DNA of 63,991 nucleotides. Origin: Patescibacteria group bacterium (GTDB lineage: Bacteria > Patescibacteriota > Microgenomatia > JAMCZE01). The stretch covers positions 1-63,991 of the forward strand of contig JAMCZE010000014.1 of assembly GCA_023485845.1 (NCBI GenBank), in the 5' to 3' direction. The notes under the pieces are model-generated. The model did not search any database, was not told the origin of the DNA, and saw only the letters and a list, made by a program, of their open reading frames with translations. Below, in pieces: positions 39,401-50,304 of this stretch (the stretch's first letter is position 1; each line of letters begins with the position of its first letter). The position numbers and the translations under genes are program-made.

Positions 39401-39849
39401 CGGCCTACATTTTGAAGTTGATCCACATGGTCGAGGACAAAACTCACGCCCGCTCGACCGGACCGTATTCGCTGGTGACCCAGCAACCATTGGGCGGCAA
39501 AGCGCAAATGGGTGGCCAACGGCTTGGGGAGATGGAAGTTTGGGCGCTGGAAGCGCACCGGGCGGCCTATACGCTTCAAGAAATGCTGACGATTAAATCC
39601 GATGATGTCATCGGCCGAGCCAAAGCGTTTGAATCCATTGTTAAGGGAACGGATATTCCTCAGTCCACCGTGCCGGAATCGTTTAAAGTGCTGGTGAAAG
39701 AACTGCAAAGCCTTGGTCTTTCTGTCACCCCCACGGAAGTGGTGACGGCACCCCAGGCGGAGGCGCCGGAGTCGGAGAAAGTGGAAAAAGAAGTGGCGGA
39801 GATGGAACAGGTGTTAGAAGCCAAAGTGGAGGAGGAAAAGCATGAATAA
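36490..39849 (+). CDS. rpoB: RNA polymerase beta subunit
   Basis: GTFIINGIER, DDIDHLANRR, EGPNIGL, GDKVAGRHGNKG and GGQRLGEMEVWALE. Confidence 0.99.
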   Translation: MPKKTAKVTDRLYWGKHYPDLPPLNFIAIQQESYQKFLHETIGELIAEINPISDFTGKNWELSLGQYSFGKSKYTAASAALKGVTYDMPIRIQAQLLNKQTGETTNQEVFFGEVPVMTPSGTFIINGIERAVINQLVRSPGVYFLGDVDPVTGRLLHFAEVRPLRGSWLEFNISRSNVISVRVDRRRKFPITTFLRAIGIGSDEEIRKLFAEVDRPGDDSFIEATIKKDTTHGSAEGAMEIYKKMRPGEPVVLETALDFINNLFFNVRRYNLGRVGRYKINKRLGLTIENKPENFVLTREDIAATIKYLIRLQKGDAGTYTDDIDHLANRRLRRVGELVGNVAFRDGLLRLERAIKERMSLLDPKTRVMPNQVINARPIISTINEFFRTSQLSSILDQTNPLQEVDNLRKLTVMGVGGISRDRASFSIRDINSSQYSRICPVRSPEGPNIGLVTFLSLYAQVDEYGFLLAPYRKVAHENGKVRVTNEIVYLAADDERDYKITHAGVAVDDRGFLTDARVPVRLKGEFVEVPANEVDYIDVVPRQVVGSAAALIPFLQHDDGIRALMGSNMQGQAVPLVTPQAPIVGTGMEADIARAMGWVVTARHDGQVIFADGNKVVVKLKSKPDKTEPAASDERVKLAGDLETYFVTKFYRTNPNGACYSQHPLVSVGESVKKGDVLIDGPAADHGELALGTNLTIAYMHFEGFGYEDAIIVSDRLVREDLLTSIHIEEYECEVVDTKLGPEELTRDIPNVGESDLANLDEGGIVVVGASVGPNDILVGKIAPKGETELSAEERLLRAIFGEKAREVRDTSLRMPHGEHGIVIGVNILDKSAGDELSPGTNKLIKIQVAQIRKISVGDKVAGRHGNKGVISRIVSAADMPHLADGTPIDIMISPLSVLGRMNLGQLLETHLGWAMQNADKKVSVPVFEQIPEDWIIKALTGAGLSATGKSVVYDGRTGEPFGQPVVVGTAYILKLIHMVEDKTHARSTGPYSLVTQQPLGGKAQMGGQRLGEMEVWALEAHRAAYTLQEMLTIKSDDVIGRAKAFESIVKGTDIPQSTVPESFKVLVKELQSLGLSVTPTEVVTAPQAEAPESEKVEKEVAEMEQVLEAKVEEEKHE

Positions 39850-42800
39850 ACCGCAAGACAACATGAATAATATCTTGGATTTCAAAGGGCTTAAGATCAG
39901 CCTGGCTTCCCAGGCGGACATCCTCTCCTGGTCTCATGGGGAAGTCACCAAGCCGGAAACGATTAACTACCGCACTCTTAAGCCGGAAAAGGATGGCCTT
40001 TTTAGCGAAAATATTTTCGGCCCGACCAAAGACTGGGAATGTTATTGCGGCAAGTATAAGCGCATCCGCTATCGGGGAATCATTTGTGACAAGTGCGGCG
40101 TGGAAGTGACCCAGAGCAAAGTCCGGCGCGAGCGGATGGGCCACATCACCCTGGCGGTGCCGGTAGTCCACATCTGGTATTTCAAAGGCGCCCCGTCAAA
40201 GCTGTCATTGCTTTTGGACCTGTCGCCCCGGTCGCTAGAGAACATTATCTATTTTGCTTCTCATTTGGTTCTTTCTGTTGACGAGGGCCGGCGGGACAAA
40301 GCGGTTGACCAGCTGAAAAAAACCATGGCCGATCGGCAGGAAGCGATGGAAAAAGACTTCCAGACAAAATTGGATGCGGCTAAGGCTGAAGAGCGTGACA
40401 AAAGAGAAGAGCAGCGCAAACGGGTAAAAGATAAGGACCAGCTAAATCTGGTGCTCTCTGAAATTGAACTGGCGGCCAAACAAAAGATTGCCAAAATGGA
40501 ATCGGACTATAGCCTGGAGAAAAACCGGCTGACCGAAATCTATCGGACGTTGTTGGATTTAGTAAAAAGCGTTGGGCCAGTCACTGAACTAACGGAAGAT
40601 GAATACCTAAAACTGCTGGAATATGACGCCTCGGACTTTATCCGGATGGGGATGGGGGCAGAGGCCATTTTGGAAGTTCTCTCTAAAATGGATTTGGAAA
40701 AGATGGCGGCCGATTTGCGCCAGGAAGTGGCCCAAGCTTCCAGCCAGCGCAAGATTAAAGCGACTAAAAAATTGCGTTTGGTCGATGGGCTACGCCGGGC
40801 CGGTGTCCGACCTGAATGGATGGTCATGTCCATCCTGCCGGTGATTCCCCCGGATTTGCGCCCGATGGTGCAGCTTTCCGGCGGCCGGTTTGCCACCTCC
40901 GATCTCAATGATCTTTACCGCCGGGTAATTAACCGCAATAATCGGCTTAAGCACTTAATGGACCTGGGCGCCCCGGAAATTATTTTGCGCAACGAAAAAC
41001 GGATGCTTCAGGAAGCGGTGGACAGCCTGATTGATGCCACCCAGCGGACATCCGGCCGGGCTGCGGTGGCAGAGCTTAAGAGTTTGTCCGACATGCTGCG
41101 GGGCAAACAGGGACGGTTCCGCCAAAATCTTTTGGGAAAACGGGTGGACTATTCCGGCCGGTCGGTGATTGTCATTGGCCCCCATCTGCGCCTTAATGAA
41201 TGCGGCCTTCCCAAAGAAATGGCTCTGGAAATGTTTAAGCCGTTTGTGCTGCGGGAACTAATTGTGCGGGGCGTTGCTCCCAATGTTCGTTCAGCCAAAG
41301 TGGTGCTGGACCGGCGCACCCCGGAAGTGTTTGATATTCTGGAGGAAATCACCAAGAACCATCCGGTCCTGCTTAACCGGGCGCCGACACTGCATAAACT
41401 GGGCATCCAGGCTTTCTTTCCGATACTAATTGAGGGGTCGGCCATCCAGGTGCATCCGCTGGTTTGCGACGGCTTTAATGCCGACTTTGACGGGGACCAG
41501 ATGGCGGTTCATGTGCCGCTGTCCAGCCAGGCCAAATCGGAATCACTTAATCTGATGACGCCGCAAAATAATTTGCTCAAGCCGGCGGACGGCAGCCCGG
41601 TGTCGGCCCCGCGCAAGGAAATTATTTTGGGAATTTATATCTACACGTCCATTGACGAAAAAATTTCCCCGTCGGCCGGGATCTTTGCCGATTTTGCTGA
41701 AGCGGTTCTGGCTTTCCAGGAAAAGAAAATTGCCCTGCGGCAAAGAATTAAAGTCCAAAACGGCAAGGAAATATTGGAAACCACTGTGGGCCGGATTTTA
41801 ATGAATGAATCTCTGCCCAAGGGTTTGCCGTTTATTAATGAATCGCTGACCACCAAGAAAGTCCGGGCCTTAATTTCTCAAGCCTTTGACACCATGAGTT
41901 CGGAGGAAGTGATGGGGATGTTGGACACGTTCAAAGCCGTCGGCTTCACCGGGGCCACCGAGCCGGGCATTTCCATGAGTATTTTTGACTTGGCGATTTA
42001 CGGCGATAAGGACAAAATTATCGGCGAGTCGGAAACCGCGGCGGCGGAAGTGGAAGGCAACTACAAAAACGGGTTAATTACCGAGGAGGAAATGCATCGA
42101 TTGCAAATTGACATCTGGATGGAAGCGACAGAGAAGATTTCTGATTTGACTTGGGAAATGTATGACAAGGATAACCCGGCCCGCTTGATTGTTGATGCCG
42201 GTGCCGGCCGGGTGAATCGGGACACGGTCAAACAGATTTCCGGAATGCGGGGGCTGATGAACGATCCCACCGGCAAGATTGTTCCCATGCCGACCAAGTC
42301 CAATTTCCGCCAGGGCTTTAACGTTTTTGAATACATCACCGGAACGCGGGGCACCCGCAAGGGATTAGCGGACACCGCGCTGCGCACCGCCGACGCCGGA
42401 TATCTCACCCGCCGGTTGGTGGACGTTTCCCATGATGTGATTATTAGATTAGCCGACTGCGGCACCACTGACGGTTTGGAAATTGGTAAAGCGGACAAAC
42501 GGGGCAGCCCATTTAGCCAGCGGGTCCTAGGCCGAATTTTGGCGGCGGATGTAAAGTCCGGAAAAAAGACGGTGGCCAAAACTGGCGAAGAAATCACCGA
42601 CGAAGTCCTAAAGACCATTGAGAAAGATGAAGAGATTAAAAGCGTTATCGTCCGCTCACCGCTGACCTGCCAAGCCTCCTACGGTTTGTGCCAACTTTGC
42701 TATGGCCGGGATTTTTCCACTCGGAAACTGGTGGAGATCGGGATGCCGGTGGGTGTTATCGCTGCCCAGTCCATCGGGGAGCCAGGCACTCAATTAACAC

Positions 42801-43573
42801 TGCGGACGAAACACACCGGAGGAACGGTTTCCCAAGATGTGACCCAGGGCCTGCCACGGGTGGAAGAGATTTTTGAAGCCCGGTCACCAAAATTACTGTC
42901 ACCGATTTCCGAGATTGCCGGAAAAGTGGAAGTGACGGAAACAGCCGACGGCTTTAAGGTCCGGGTCCGCAGCCACGGAGTTAAGCCGGTGGAAGAGCGG
43001 GAATATATTATTCCCCTGACCTCGCAACTGTCGGTGGCCGACGGGGATCTGGTGGCCATTGGCACCCAGCTGGCCTCCGGCTATTTGGATGTTAAAGATG
43101 TGCTGGCAGCCCGGGGGCTGATTGGCGCCCAGAAATATCTGATCGAACAACTCCAGGCGGTTTATGAATCGCAGGGAATTCCCATTAACGATAAACATTT
43201 TGAAGTGATTGTCCGGCGGATGTCCGACAAAGTGCGGATCGAAACTTCCGGCGACACCATCTTTTTGCCGGGGGAGTTTGTGGACAAACCGCGCTTTGAA
43301 GAGGAAAACGCCCGGACCATTGCCGCCGGCGGCGAACCGGCCACTGCCCAGGTCACCGTTTTGGGCGTCACCCGCTCTGCTCTCTACACCGATTCCTGGC
43401 TGTCGGCCGCTTCTTTTGAGCGCACGACCGAGGTTTTGTCCGATGCGGCGATCCACTGCGCCCAAGACCATTTGATCGGGCTTAAGGAAAACGTTATAAT
43501 TGGGCGCCTCATTCCGACATCGCCAGAACGGGCCAGACTGGAGAGTTTGAATGTGCCGCAAATAACAAGTTGA
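39842..43573 (+). CDS. rpoC: RNA polymerase beta' subunit
   Basis: PETINYRT, Zn finger, [12 protein letters not shown] and [11 protein letters not shown]. Confidence 0.99.
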   Translation: MNKPQDNMNNILDFKGLKISLASQADILSWSHGEVTKPETINYRTLKPEKDGLFSENIFGPTKDWECYCGKYKRIRYRGIICDKCGVEVTQSKVRRERMGHITLAVPVVHIWYFKGAPSKLSLLLDLSPRSLENIIYFASHLVLSVDEGRRDKAVDQLKKTMADRQEAMEKDFQTKLDAAKAEERDKREEQRKRVKDKDQLNLVLSEIELAAKQKIAKMESDYSLEKNRLTEIYRTLLDLVKSVGPVTELTEDEYLKLLEYDASDFIRMGMGAEAILEVLSKMDLEKMAADLRQEVAQASSQRKIKATKKLRLVDGLRRAGVRPEWMVMSILPVIPPDLRPMVQLSGGRFATSDLNDLYRRVINRNNRLKHLMDLGAPEIILRNEKRMLQEAVDSLIDATQRTSGRAAVAELKSLSDMLRGKQGRFRQNLLGKRVDYSGRSVIVIGPHLRLNECGLPKEMALEMFKPFVLRELIVRGVAPNVRSAKVVLDRRTPEVFDILEEITKNHPVLLNRAPTLHKLGIQAFFPILIEGSAIQVHPLVCDGFNADFDGDQMAVHVPLSSQAKSESLNLMTPQNNLLKPADGSPVSAPRKEIILGIYIYTSIDEKISPSAGIFADFAEAVLAFQEKKIALRQRIKVQNGKEILETTVGRILMNESLPKGLPFINESLTTKKVRALISQAFDTMSSEEVMGMLDTFKAVGFTGATEPGISMSIFDLAIYGDKDKIIGESETAAAEVEGNYKNGLITEEEMHRLQIDIWMEATEKISDLTWEMYDKDNPARLIVDAGAGRVNRDTVKQISGMRGLMNDPTGKIVPMPTKSNFRQGFNVFEYITGTRGTRKGLADTALRTADAGYLTRRLVDVSHDVIIRLADCGTTDGLEIGKADKRGSPFSQRVLGRILAADVKSGKKTVAKTGEEITDEVLKTIEKDEEIKSVIVRSPLTCQASYGLCQLCYGRDFSTRKLVEIGMPVGVIAAQSIGEPGTQLTLRTKHTGGTVSQDVTQGLPRVEEIFEARSPKLLSPISEIAGKVEVTETADGFKVRVRSHGVKPVEEREYIIPLTSQLSVADGDLVAIGTQLASGYLDVKDVLAARGLIGAQKYLIEQLQAVYESQGIPINDKHFEVIVRRMSDKVRIETSGDTIFLPGEFVDKPRFEEENARTIAAGGEPATAQVTVLGVTRSALYTDSWLSAASFERTTEVLSDAAIHCAQDHLIGLKENVIIGRLIPTSPERARLESLNVPQITS

Positions 43574-43577
43574 AAAG

Positions 43578-44027
43578 ATGCCAACAATTAATCAACTGAT
43601 TAAGAAAGGCCGAAAAAGCAAGGCAAAAAAAGTGCGGGCCACGGCCATGCACAAGTTTTTTAATGCCAAGGACCGGCAAATGAAAGAAATCCCTGCCCCG
43701 TTTAAACGAGGAGTTTGCACCGTGGTCAAAACCATGACGCCGAAAAAACCTAATTCCGCCTTGCGCAAAGTGGCTCGGGTCAGGTTGTCTAATAAGCAGG
43801 AAGTGACTGCTTACATCCAGGGGGTCGGCCATAGCCTGGCGGAACATTCCATTGTGCTGGTCCGGGGCGGCCGAGTTCGGGATTTGCCCGGCGTTAAATA
43901 TCACATTGTCCGGGGCAAGTTTGACACGGCCGGCGTGGCCGGAAGGATGCAATCGCGCAGCAAATATGGCGCCAAAGCTGGTGGGACTCCAGTTATTTCT
44001 CAAGCTAAAACTAATGCCCAGGTCTAA
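43578..44027 (+). CDS. rpsL: 30S ribosomal protein S12
   Basis: [18 protein letters not shown] and DLPGVKY. Confidence 0.99.
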   Translation: MPTINQLIKKGRKSKAKKVRATAMHKFFNAKDRQMKEIPAPFKRGVCTVVKTMTPKKPNSALRKVARVRLSNKQEVTAYIQGVGHSLAEHSIVLVRGGRVRDLPGVKYHIVRGKFDTAGVAGRMQSRSKYGAKAGGTPVISQAKTNAQV

Positions 44028-44478
44028 AACTATTATTAAGCGTGTCACAATTGCCGATCCGGTTTATAACAGCCGGTTGGTGACCAAGCTTATTAATAAA
44101 GCTATGCACGACGGGAAAAAGTCCGTGGCCGCCAAGCAGGTTTACGCCGCTCTGGAAAAATTTGAAGATCCGGCCAAAATTCTGGAAACGGTGATTGCCA
44201 CCATTGCCCCGAAGATGGAAGTGCGCTCCCGCCGGGTGGGTGGCGCTTCCTATCAGGTTCCCTCTGAAGTCCGGGGAGAGCGAAAAACCCATCTGGCGCT
44301 CAAATGGCTTCTGGAAGCGGCCCGCTCCCGATCTAACAAGGAGTTCCACACTTTTGCCCAAAAATTGGAAGTGGAAATGAAGGACGCCATGGCCGGCACC
44401 GGGGGCGCGATTAAAAAGCGTGACATGGTCCAAAAAATGGCGGAAGCCAACCGCGTTTTCGCACATCTTAAGTGGTAA
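44014..44478 (+). CDS. rpsG: 30S ribosomal protein S7
   Basis: [18 protein letters not shown] and [10 protein letters not shown]. Confidence 0.99.
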   Translation: MPRSKTIIKRVTIADPVYNSRLVTKLINKAMHDGKKSVAAKQVYAALEKFEDPAKILETVIATIAPKMEVRSRRVGGASYQVPSEVRGERKTHLALKWLLEAARSRSNKEFHTFAQKLEVEMKDAMAGTGGAIKKRDMVQKMAEANRVFAHLKW

Positions 44479-44642
44479 GTCTATAGCTTGGCTTGGTGGA
44501 GAATGTCCTTCATTACCGCCCTTGCTGTTTACGGCCTCGTCATACAAGCCGCTTAATTTCATATTTGTTCGTATGTTATTTGTTGCGGTCGCTGCAAGCT
44601 ACATACATCTCTTTTTTACCGGCATTTGCTAAAATAGCCGAG

Positions 44643-45185
44643 ATGGCAAATAAAATACCGGTGATTTCTATCTCACTGCCGGAGTACACTATTGATCACA
44701 AGCCGGACTATTCTCTTGGTGCCCGGGTGGATCAAGTTTTGAAAGATAAGTTTGACGTTAGCAGGATTCTCGTTCGGGCGATCAGTTCTTCCGACCACCC
44801 AAACTACACGCGTGATGAACTCGTTAATGTCATTTTACAAAACGGAACGGATAAATATGATCCAAATCGGAAAGGAGTGGCTCACGAGGAGTTTGCTCCA
44901 TATCATGCCGACATCCAAGCCGGACCATTCGGGGTTGATGAAAAAACCGGATCGATGTTCGGCGGCATCATGCGCAATTTCTATGAGAACGCTCCCATTG
45001 ATCGGGGTTATTCTTTGCGCATTGACATTCTGATTATTTATGACAAGGACCAATTTGTCCCGGCGGAAAAAATTGAGGCTGATAAACCCAGTGTTGATCC
45101 GCGCTTCGAGAAATTTCTCTTTCGGTTCAAAGACCCGGAACACAAAGTCAAAGCTCTATTGGATGTGGTAAAGATATTGGCCTAA
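44643..45185 (+). CDS. Conserved hypothetical protein inserted in the str operon
   Basis: The ATG at 44643 lies 7 nt after TAAAAT. Motifs GTDKYDPNRKG and RIDILIIYD. Confidence 0.75.
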   Translation: MANKIPVISISLPEYTIDHKPDYSLGARVDQVLKDKFDVSRILVRAISSSDHPNYTRDELVNVILQNGTDKYDPNRKGVAHEEFAPYHADIQAGPFGVDEKTGSMFGGIMRNFYENAPIDRGYSLRIDILIIYDKDQFVPAEKIEADKPSVDPRFEKFLFRFKDPEHKVKALLDVVKILA

Positions 45186-45445
45186 TAGACTTCGTCGTGC
45201 GAACCAATGGTGATAAGGAGAATTCCTTCGGGGATATAGGTAAAAGAAACCCGCAGATTTTTCTCAATAGTAACTGCCCAGCATTCCCGCAGGTCACCTT
45301 TTAATTTATGAAGTCCCAGCGAGGGGTGGTTGGGAGCAATTTCCAACAGTTTTAACTTTTGTTGAACTTTATTTTTTAATTCCGGCCGTTTTTTAAAGAA
45401 TTTTTTTGATTTTTGGGCAAAGTAGCTTGAAGGAAACACTTTCAT
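45182..45445 (-). CDS. RelE/YafQ-family toxin
   Basis: HPSLGLHKLKGDL..WAVTIEKNLRV..IGSHDEVY. Confidence 0.9.
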   Translation of the reverse strand: MKVFPSSYFAQKSKKFFKKRPELKNKVQQKLKLLEIAPNHPSLGLHKLKGDLRECWAVTIEKNLRVSFTYIPEGILLITIGSHDEVY

Positions 45446-45696
45446 AAATTGGCAAACATTTCATCAATGGAGCCATATCCGCGAAGTTTTCCGGCCTGGT
45501 ATTCTTTTAGGGCTTTTTCAGTTTCTTTTTCCAAACTTTCGCTCATTTTATAAGTAGGGATTTTCGAAGCCAGATTGTAAACCTCACGACTAACAAGAAA
45601 TTTGACAAATTTAGTCACGTCATAACCCAAAGCTTGTCCCTGGACAGCCAGAAGAGTGGTTTCCTGCGGTGTTAAAGTGATCTGGATCTTATTCAT
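45442..45696 (-). CDS. Antitoxin of the RelE-type module
   Basis: RHH-like N-terminus and C-terminal ALKEYQAGKL..YGSIDE. Overlaps the toxin start. Confidence 0.8.
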   Translation of the reverse strand: MNKIQITLTPQETTLLAVQGQALGYDVTKFVKFLVSREVYNLASKIPTYKMSESLEKETEKALKEYQAGKLRGYGSIDEMFANL

Positions 45697-45735
45697 AAGT
45701 AGTTAGTTTATACTACCTTCTAACTACTTTGTCAA
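45697..45735 (-). promoter_or_regulatory. TA promoter with a 10-bp inverted-repeat operator
   Basis: aagtagttag (45697-45706) and ctaactactt (45720-45729). TTGACA on the minus strand at 45730-45735. Confidence 0.7.
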
Positions 45736-45791
45736 GACTTGTCAGGGTCAGACCCTGTCACTGCTAAACTATGTTACCAATTAGGAAATTA

Positions 45792-46004
45792 TTATCGGCT
45801 GTGGATTTCGAGAAGGGCGTCGGTAGTTGCTTGATCAATGCCTTGATTAAATCTTTCAACGTCCTCGGCCGTTAACGCGTGCCCGTCAAGATTAACGGTC
45901 CCGACTTGGATCGGAAAACCCAACTCTTGAAATGAATTGGCAAGAATCAATCGAGTCTTTATTACTGTTTCTTTTTCTTCGGCAGATAGTTCAGCAGGTT
46001 CCAT
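45792..46004 (-). CDS. Small hypothetical protein
   Basis: 70-aa ORF with TATAAT just upstream, divergent from fusA. Confidence 0.6.
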   Translation of the reverse strand: MEPAELSAEEKETVIKTRLILANSFQELGFPIQVGTVNLDGHALTAEDVERFNQGIDQATTDALLEIHSR

Positions 46005-46082
46005 CAATTGTTATTATAGCATTTTCCCGCAAATGTCGGTATAATCTTCCTGTGCCGAAAGACGGCACTCATTTTTTGAAGC

Positions 46083-48185
46083 ATGGCTGATCAAAGTAAA
46101 ACAGACCGATCAAGAATCTATCCGCTGGAGCGGATTCGCAATATTGGCATTATTGCCCACATTGACGCGGGCAAAACCACCACGACGGAGCGGATTTTGT
46201 TCTACACTGGCAAAACCTACAAAATCGGGGACATTGACGAGGGAACCACCCAAATGGACTGGATGACCCAGGAGCGGGAGCGGGGTATCACCATCGTCTC
46301 TGCGGCCACCACCACTTTCTGGCGCGATGTTCGGATCAACATTATTGACACGCCCGGTCACGTTGATTTCACCGCCGAAGTGGAACGGTCGCTGCGGGTG
46401 CTGGACGGGGCGGTTACGGTTTTGGACGCCGAGGAAACGGTCCAGTCGCAAACGGAAACTGTCTGGCGCCAGGCGGACAAATATAAAGTGCCGCGGATTA
46501 TCTATGTTAATAAGATCGATAAACTGGGGGCCAATTTTTATAAGACTCTGGAAGCAATTCATGACCGGCTCGGGGTCAAACCGGCCGTGATGGTGCTGCC
46601 GGTCGGGGTGGAAAGCTCCTTCACCGGCGTTTACGATTTGCTCAAAGAACAGGCCTATATCTGGGGTGAAGATGAAACTGGCATTAAATTTAAAACCGTT
46701 AAGGAAATCCCGGCGGGTCTGGACCCGGAGCTGGTGAAAAAATATCGCCACGAACTTGTTGAACAAATCGCGGAAACCGATGAAGTTCTGCTAGAAAAAT
46801 ATCTTGACGGCAAAGAAATTTCGCCGGAAGAGTTGCAAAGCGCCCTGCGCCGGGCGGTGATTAATTATCAATTGGTCCCCACCTACACGGGAACTTCCCT
46901 GCGCAATAAAGGTGTCCAGCCGGTGTTGGACGCGGTGGTGGATTATCTGCCTTCGCCGTTGGATAAGCCGGCGGTGGAAGGGACTAACCCCAAAACCGGA
47001 GAAAAAGAAACCCGGGAAGCAAAAACCGACGCGCCCTTTACTGGTTTGGCCTTTAAGATTCAGCTGGATCCTCACGTGGGCAAACTCTATTATGTCCGAA
47101 TTTATTCCGGAACGCTAAAATCCGGCTCGTATGCGCTTAATGCCACAAAAAACGAACAAGAGCGCATTGGCCGGCTGCTTTTGATGCATGCCAATGACCG
47201 GGAAGAAATTGCCGAGGCTTATGCCGGAGAAATTGTTGCCGTGGTGGGGCTTAAAAGCACCCGCACCGGGGACACTATTTGTGATCCGGCCCACCCGTTG
47301 GTTTTAGAAGGAATCACTTTTCCGGAGCCGGTTATCTCCCTGGCGATTGAGCCGAAATCCAAATCCGACCAAGAAAAGTTGGGCTATGCCCTGGCCCGGG
47401 TGATGGAAGAGGATCCGACCATTCATGTTAAGTCAGACCGGGAAACCGGCCAGACGATTATTTCCGGGGTTGGAGAACTGCAGCTGGAAGTTTGGGTGCG
47501 GCGGATGAAGGACGAGATGAGCATGGATGCCAACGTTGGGGCGCCGCAGGTGGCCTATAAAGAAACCATTAAGCGGGATGCCACCGGCGAGGGCAAATAT
47601 ATTCGCCAGACCGGCGGCCGGGGGCAATATGGCCATGCCCTGCTGCGCGTTTCGCCCAAACCGCGAGGTGAGGGCTGGGAGTTTGTCAACGCCGTCAAAG
47701 GTGGTTCCATCCCGGCAGAGTTTATTCCCCCGGTGGAAAAAGGGGCCAAGGAGTGCGCCCAAAACGGGATTTTGGCCGGCTATCCTCTGACCGATCTGAC
47801 GGTCACGTTGTATGACGGCTCCTATCATGATGTTGACTCCTCGGATGTGGCTTTCCAAATTGCCGGGTCAATGGCCCTGCAGGATGCCTGCAAAAAAGCG
47901 GAACTGGTTCTTTTGGAGCCGATTATGAAGGTGGAAGTGACGACCCCGGAGGAATTTATGGGCGATGTCATCGGCGATCTCTCCGCCAAACGGGCGCAAA
48001 TTATGGGCACATCCAAACGGGGCAACGCGACAATTATTCTGGCGATGTGTCCCCTGGCGGAGCTCTCCGGTTACGCCACCAAGTTGCGCAGTATGTCCCA
48101 AGGCCGGGCCTCCTACTATATGGAACCATCCCACTATGAAGAAGTCCCCAAAAACATCCAAGAGCAAATCGTGGCGAAGAAATAA
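46083..48185 (+). CDS. fusA: Elongation factor G
   Basis: AHIDAGKTT, ERERGITI, DTPGHVDF and GGRGQYGH. Confidence 0.99.
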   Translation: MADQSKTDRSRIYPLERIRNIGIIAHIDAGKTTTTERILFYTGKTYKIGDIDEGTTQMDWMTQERERGITIVSAATTTFWRDVRINIIDTPGHVDFTAEVERSLRVLDGAVTVLDAEETVQSQTETVWRQADKYKVPRIIYVNKIDKLGANFYKTLEAIHDRLGVKPAVMVLPVGVESSFTGVYDLLKEQAYIWGEDETGIKFKTVKEIPAGLDPELVKKYRHELVEQIAETDEVLLEKYLDGKEISPEELQSALRRAVINYQLVPTYTGTSLRNKGVQPVLDAVVDYLPSPLDKPAVEGTNPKTGEKETREAKTDAPFTGLAFKIQLDPHVGKLYYVRIYSGTLKSGSYALNATKNEQERIGRLLLMHANDREEIAEAYAGEIVAVVGLKSTRTGDTICDPAHPLVLEGITFPEPVISLAIEPKSKSDQEKLGYALARVMEEDPTIHVKSDRETGQTIISGVGELQLEVWVRRMKDEMSMDANVGAPQVAYKETIKRDATGEGKYIRQTGGRGQYGHALLRVSPKPRGEGWEFVNAVKGGSIPAEFIPPVEKGAKECAQNGILAGYPLTDLTVTLYDGSYHDVDSSDVAFQIAGSMALQDACKKAELVLLEPIMKVEVTTPEEFMGDVIGDLSAKRAQIMGTSKRGNATIILAMCPLAELSGYATKLRSMSQGRASYYMEPSHYEEVPKNIQEQIVAKK

Positions 48186-48245
48186 AAATAACGTCCATTA
48201 GCTAATTTTAACTTTAAGCTCATAATTTCGTGATATAATATCCCC

Positions 48246-48467
48246 ATGACGAAAGTTAATGTTCCCACCAGCAAAATGGGGAAATTTGAAGGTAAATGGG
48301 TGGTTATTGATCCCAAAAAGAGTGCCATTATTGCCTACTCCGATAATTTGGATGAAATTTCCCCTCTTGTGACCCGACCGGCAAGTGATACCAGGCAGTC
48401 CGGAACCGTGCCATATTCATTTTTAGTCCCGAGGAAAAATGAAGGCCCCTATGTCTTATCGGAATGA
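48246..48467 (+). CDS. DUF5678-like small protein
   Basis: KFEGKWVVID...IIAYSDNLDE. Coupled (ATGA) to an aspartyl protease gene. Confidence 0.65.
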   Translation: MTKVNVPTSKMGKFEGKWVVIDPKKSAIIAYSDNLDEISPLVTRPASDTRQSGTVPYSFLVPRKNEGPYVLSE

Positions 48468-48706
48468 TTTCCTTTCCTTATTATAAGAGTCTTCAGGACC
48501 AGTATTTCCCGGTTATTCCCATTACACTTTCTTCGGGTAAGACAGAGAAATTTGACACCACAGCCTTAATCGATTCGGGGGCAACTATTTCCGTTTTCAA
48601 GATTGACCTAGCCAAGCAGTTAAAAATTGACGTGGAAAAGGGGAAAGAGATATTTCTTGGCGGCGTTGGTGGCAGAATCAGAGGATATATTCATGAATTG
48701 ATTTAA
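48464..48706 (+). pseudogene. Retropepsin-like (clan AA) aspartyl protease, probably C-terminally truncated
   Basis: ALIDSGAT and flap LGGVGG are present. It stops at 80 aa, before the ILGR-type motif. Confidence 0.7.
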
Positions 48707-48791
48707 TTTACCCTCTTGCATTGTATTTGGGTGATAGTGTATACTCACTTCAGCCTTGACAAGAGGCGCGTTTTTTTGAGAAGATACCTTT

Positions 48792-49979
48792 ATGGCAGAT
48801 AGCGCAAAATTTATTCGCAATAAGCCCCACGTTAATATCGGGACGATGGGTCACGTGGACCACGGCAAAACCACATTAACCGCCGCGATCACCACGGTTT
48901 TGGCTAAAAAGGGTTTGGCGCAGGCTCGGGCCTATGACACTATTGACAGCGCTCCGGAAGAAAAAGCCCGCGGTGTCACAATTAACATTGCCCACGTTGA
49001 ATACGAAACGGAGAAACGACATTATGCCCACATCGACATGCCGGGCCATGCCGACTACATTAAAAACATGATCACCGGCGCGGCCCAGGTGGACGGTGCC
49101 ATTTTGGTGGTTTCCGCCGCCGATGGTCCGATGGCCCAAACCCGGGAGCACCTTCTTTTAGCCAAACAGGTGATGGTGCCGGCAATTGTGGTTTTCCTCA
49201 ACAAAGTGGACATGGTCCAGGACAAAGAGCTGTTGGACTTGGTGGAAGTGGAAGTCCGAGAACTGTTGACCAAATATGGTTTTGACGGGGACAAAGCCCC
49301 GGTCATCAAGGGCTCGGCCCTCAAAGCTCTTGAAGGAGATCCGGAAGAAGAAAAACACATTATGGAACTGATGGACGCGGTGGATTCCTACATTCCCACG
49401 CCCGTCCGCGATTTGGATAAGCCATTCTTGATGCCCATTGAGGACGTTTTCTCCATCAAAGGCCGCGGCACGGTGGTGACCGGCCGGATTGAGCGGGGAA
49501 AAGTTAAGGTTAATGAAGAAATGGAAATTATCGGGTTGCGCGACACGCAAAAAACCGTGGTCACCGGGGTGGAAATGTTTAGGAAGCAGTTGGATGAAGG
49601 CCAGGCCGGCGACAACGTCGGGCTGCTGCTTCGCGGCGTTGAAAAAGACCAGGTGGAACGCGGCCAGGTGATTGCCAAACCGGGATCGATTACCCCGCAC
49701 ACGGAATTTGAAGCGGAAGTTTACATTTTGTCTAAAGAAGAAGGCGGACGACACACTCCGTTCTTCACCGGCTATCGGCCGCAGTTCTATATCCGCACCA
49801 CCGATGTGACCGGCGAAGTGACGCTGCAGGAAGGTGTGGAAATGGTCATGCCGGGAGACAGTGCCAAGATGAAAGTCAAGTTGATTCAACCAGTGGCCTT
49901 GGAAGACGGCATGCGCTTTGCCATTCGCGAAGGCGGCCACACTGTCGGCGCCGGAGCCATCAGCAAAATTATTGCCTAG
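48792..49979 (+). CDS. tuf: Elongation factor Tu
   Basis: [20 protein letters not shown] and FAIREGG. Confidence 0.99.
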   Translation: MADSAKFIRNKPHVNIGTMGHVDHGKTTLTAAITTVLAKKGLAQARAYDTIDSAPEEKARGVTINIAHVEYETEKRHYAHIDMPGHADYIKNMITGAAQVDGAILVVSAADGPMAQTREHLLLAKQVMVPAIVVFLNKVDMVQDKELLDLVEVEVRELLTKYGFDGDKAPVIKGSALKALEGDPEEEKHIMELMDAVDSYIPTPVRDLDKPFLMPIEDVFSIKGRGTVVTGRIERGKVKVNEEMEIIGLRDTQKTVVTGVEMFRKQLDEGQAGDNVGLLLRGVEKDQVERGQVIAKPGSITPHTEFEAEVYILSKEEGGRHTPFFTGYRPQFYIRTTDVTGEVTLQEGVEMVMPGDSAKMKVKLIQPVALEDGMRFAIREGGHTVGAGAISKIIA

Positions 49980-49993
49980 TTGCACTTTAAAAT

Positions 49994-50302
49994 ATGCCAA
50001 AAGGAAGAATTCGAGTTAGGCTTAAGGCCTACGACGGGCGGGTTTTGGACTCGACCTGTCAGATCATTTTAGACGCGGCCATCAGGACCGGCGCGTCTGT
50101 GGTCGGTCCTGTTCCTCTTCCCTCCGACCGCTCCCTGATCACCGTTAACCAATCCCCCTTCACCGATAAAAATTCCCAGGAACATTTTCAAATCAAAGTC
50201 CACAAACGTCTTATCGACATTATTGAACCTACCGACAAAACCATTGATAGTTTAATGCATCTCGAACTCCCGGCCGGTGTTGACATAGAAATTAAGATGT
50301 AA
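49994..50302 (+). CDS. rpsJ: 30S ribosomal protein S10
   Basis: IRVRLKAYD, GPVPLP, HKRLIDI and LPAGVDIEIK. Confidence 0.99.
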   Translation: MPKGRIRVRLKAYDGRVLDSTCQIILDAAIRTGASVVGPVPLPSDRSLITVNQSPFTDKNSQEHFQIKVHKRLIDIIEPTDKTIDSLMHLELPAGVDIEIKM

Positions 50303-50304
50303 CT

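Noticed and set aside
40260..40620. Intein or novel insertion in RpoC (charged coiled-coil segment)
   Set aside because: It has no intein splice motifs and lies at the known lineage-specific beta' insertion site.
36703..50000. Long antisense ORFs over rpoB, rpoC, fusA and tuf (e.g. 49158-50000)
   Set aside because: They are shadows of codon bias in conserved genes and have no protein motifs.
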